Shown piece after piece: positions 63,000 to 64,000 of a stretch of 64,000 nucleotides of DNA (its first letter is position 1; each line of letters starts with the position of its first letter). Position numbers and translations under genes: made by a program. The notes under the pieces were generated by a model, which made no database searches, was not told the origin of the DNA, and worked only from the letters and a program-made list of their open reading frames with translations. Source of the stretch: Sminthopsis crassicaudata (Eukaryota); NCBI RefSeq assembly GCF_048593235.1, contig NC_133620.1, forward strand, positions 444,755,261 through 444,819,260, given 5' to 3'.

Positions 63000-63773
63000 A
63001 TGAAAAGCTCTGTGGCTATCCTCTCTGTCCTTATCATCACCTTCTATCAGGTCTCTTCATTAACAGGTCAGTCTGTTTTCCCTTCTCCCCTTTAAAAAAA
63101 AATTCCCCTTTTTCTAACTGGGAGGAGAGATGATTTTGATAAGATAGTTGATGAGACAGAGCCCAGCACCTGTGATTTGTGGTGTGAGACTTTTCAGTCA
63201 AAACATGAAATCCACCCAAGATTTCAAAATGGTTTGGGTCATTTCTCAATATGCTTCTGTCTTCAGAATGGGCTATTTCCTACTAATTTCCCCAGACACA
63301 GGATTTGAAATAGTACCTCTCAGAGAGAGGTACTGTTCTTATCATACCTAGTTTACAGACTAGGAAACAAAAGCAGAGTAGATAAGCGCTTTGCCCAGAG
63401 ATACAAAGCACAAGTTTCTGGGGTAGAATTTAAAGCTTAGGTTTTCTTAACTCCAAAGTCTAGAACTCTGTTCACTATGCTAGCACACCATTCATTAGAA
63501 ACAAGGAGGGATATTTCTGGAAATGACGACATGTCCCATGTCCTCCCAAAGTCTCCTCTGCTCTTTCCACATCATTCTGAGACTAGAAGTGTTGAGTCAT
63601 CTGCTAAAAAAAAAAAAAAAAAAATGGCACAATTCTCACAATGTTCCTTTCCTTTCAGTTGGGTCTGACATTCCCACTGCTTGCTGCTTCTCCTATACCT
63701 CCCAGAAGATCCCTCGAGCAGTTGTAGTGGATCATTTTGAGACCAGTAGTCTATGTTCCCGGCCAGCCATCAT
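63000..63773 (+). CDS. MIP-1 family CC chemokine, probably CCL3-like; partial (exons 1-2, exon 3 beyond the window)
   Basis: Exon 1 63000-63066 (donor gtcagt); exon 2 63659-63773 (acceptor ttcctttcag, donor gtgagt; 115 nt). MKSSVAILSVLIITFYQVSSLTVGSDIPTACCFSYTSQKIPRAVVVDHFETSSLCSRPAI... The CC motif and ETSSxC are clear. CCL3 versus CCL4 identity rests on head-to-head synteny and the QVSS/KIPR/FETSS pattern. Confidence 0.88.
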
Positions 63774-64000
63774 GTGAGTAAAGGTGCCAATCACCACGTT
63801 TGAGGAAGAGAGCCAAGGATTATATGGGGACAAATTGTCAGGATCTGGGAGGAAGAAAAAAAGCCCCTGCTAAAATAAATTATGAAAAATTCAACCACGT
63901 CTCCCAGAAGAAAGTTTCCGTGATTCGGTGGCATTTGGGGCTGATGTTCTAGCTGAGCATAAGGGAGAGATAGGAAATGAAAAAAGAGAGCTGTGGCTTT

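Noticed and set aside
63606-63624. Poly(A) run just upstream of the exon-2 acceptor of the plus-strand gene
   Set aside because: The polypyrimidine tract and AG are intact downstream, and there is no TSD or element body; likely a simple homopolymer expansion.

Overview
Mammalian genomic DNA, almost certainly marsupial: the SINE and L1 tails look dasyurid (e.g. Tasmanian devil), but this is inference. The window covers a tandemly expanded MIP-1 (CCL3/CCL4 family) CC-chemokine locus. Seven three-exon CCL4-like genes lie head-to-tail on the minus strand (ATGs at 6529, 12480, 17318, 23171, 30589, 37379, 46648), in duplication units of about 4.8-9.3 kb. The first ~4 kb is the upstream region of a probable eighth copy just left of the window. 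A more divergent CCL3-like gene starts on the plus strand at 63000, head-to-head with the array; its exon 3 is outside the window. All seven minus-strand copies have canonical splice sites, a signal peptide, all four cysteines, a TATA box and AATAAA. Copies 3 and 6 carry different 1-nt deletions that both end the protein at Ser67. The rest is L1/L2/MIR/marsupial SINE sequence, one solo LTR and an 850-N assembly gap. None of the real genes appear in the supplied ORF track, because they are spliced. Best leads: two independent E67-to-Ser-stop frameshifts resembling engineered non-aggregating MIP-1 variants; a 3'UTR CAU-triloop hairpin with compensatory changes between paralogs; a rewritten N-terminus and a foreign-looking promoter in copy 6; patchwork gene conversion; and an L1 3' transduction. 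All alignments were done by eye.
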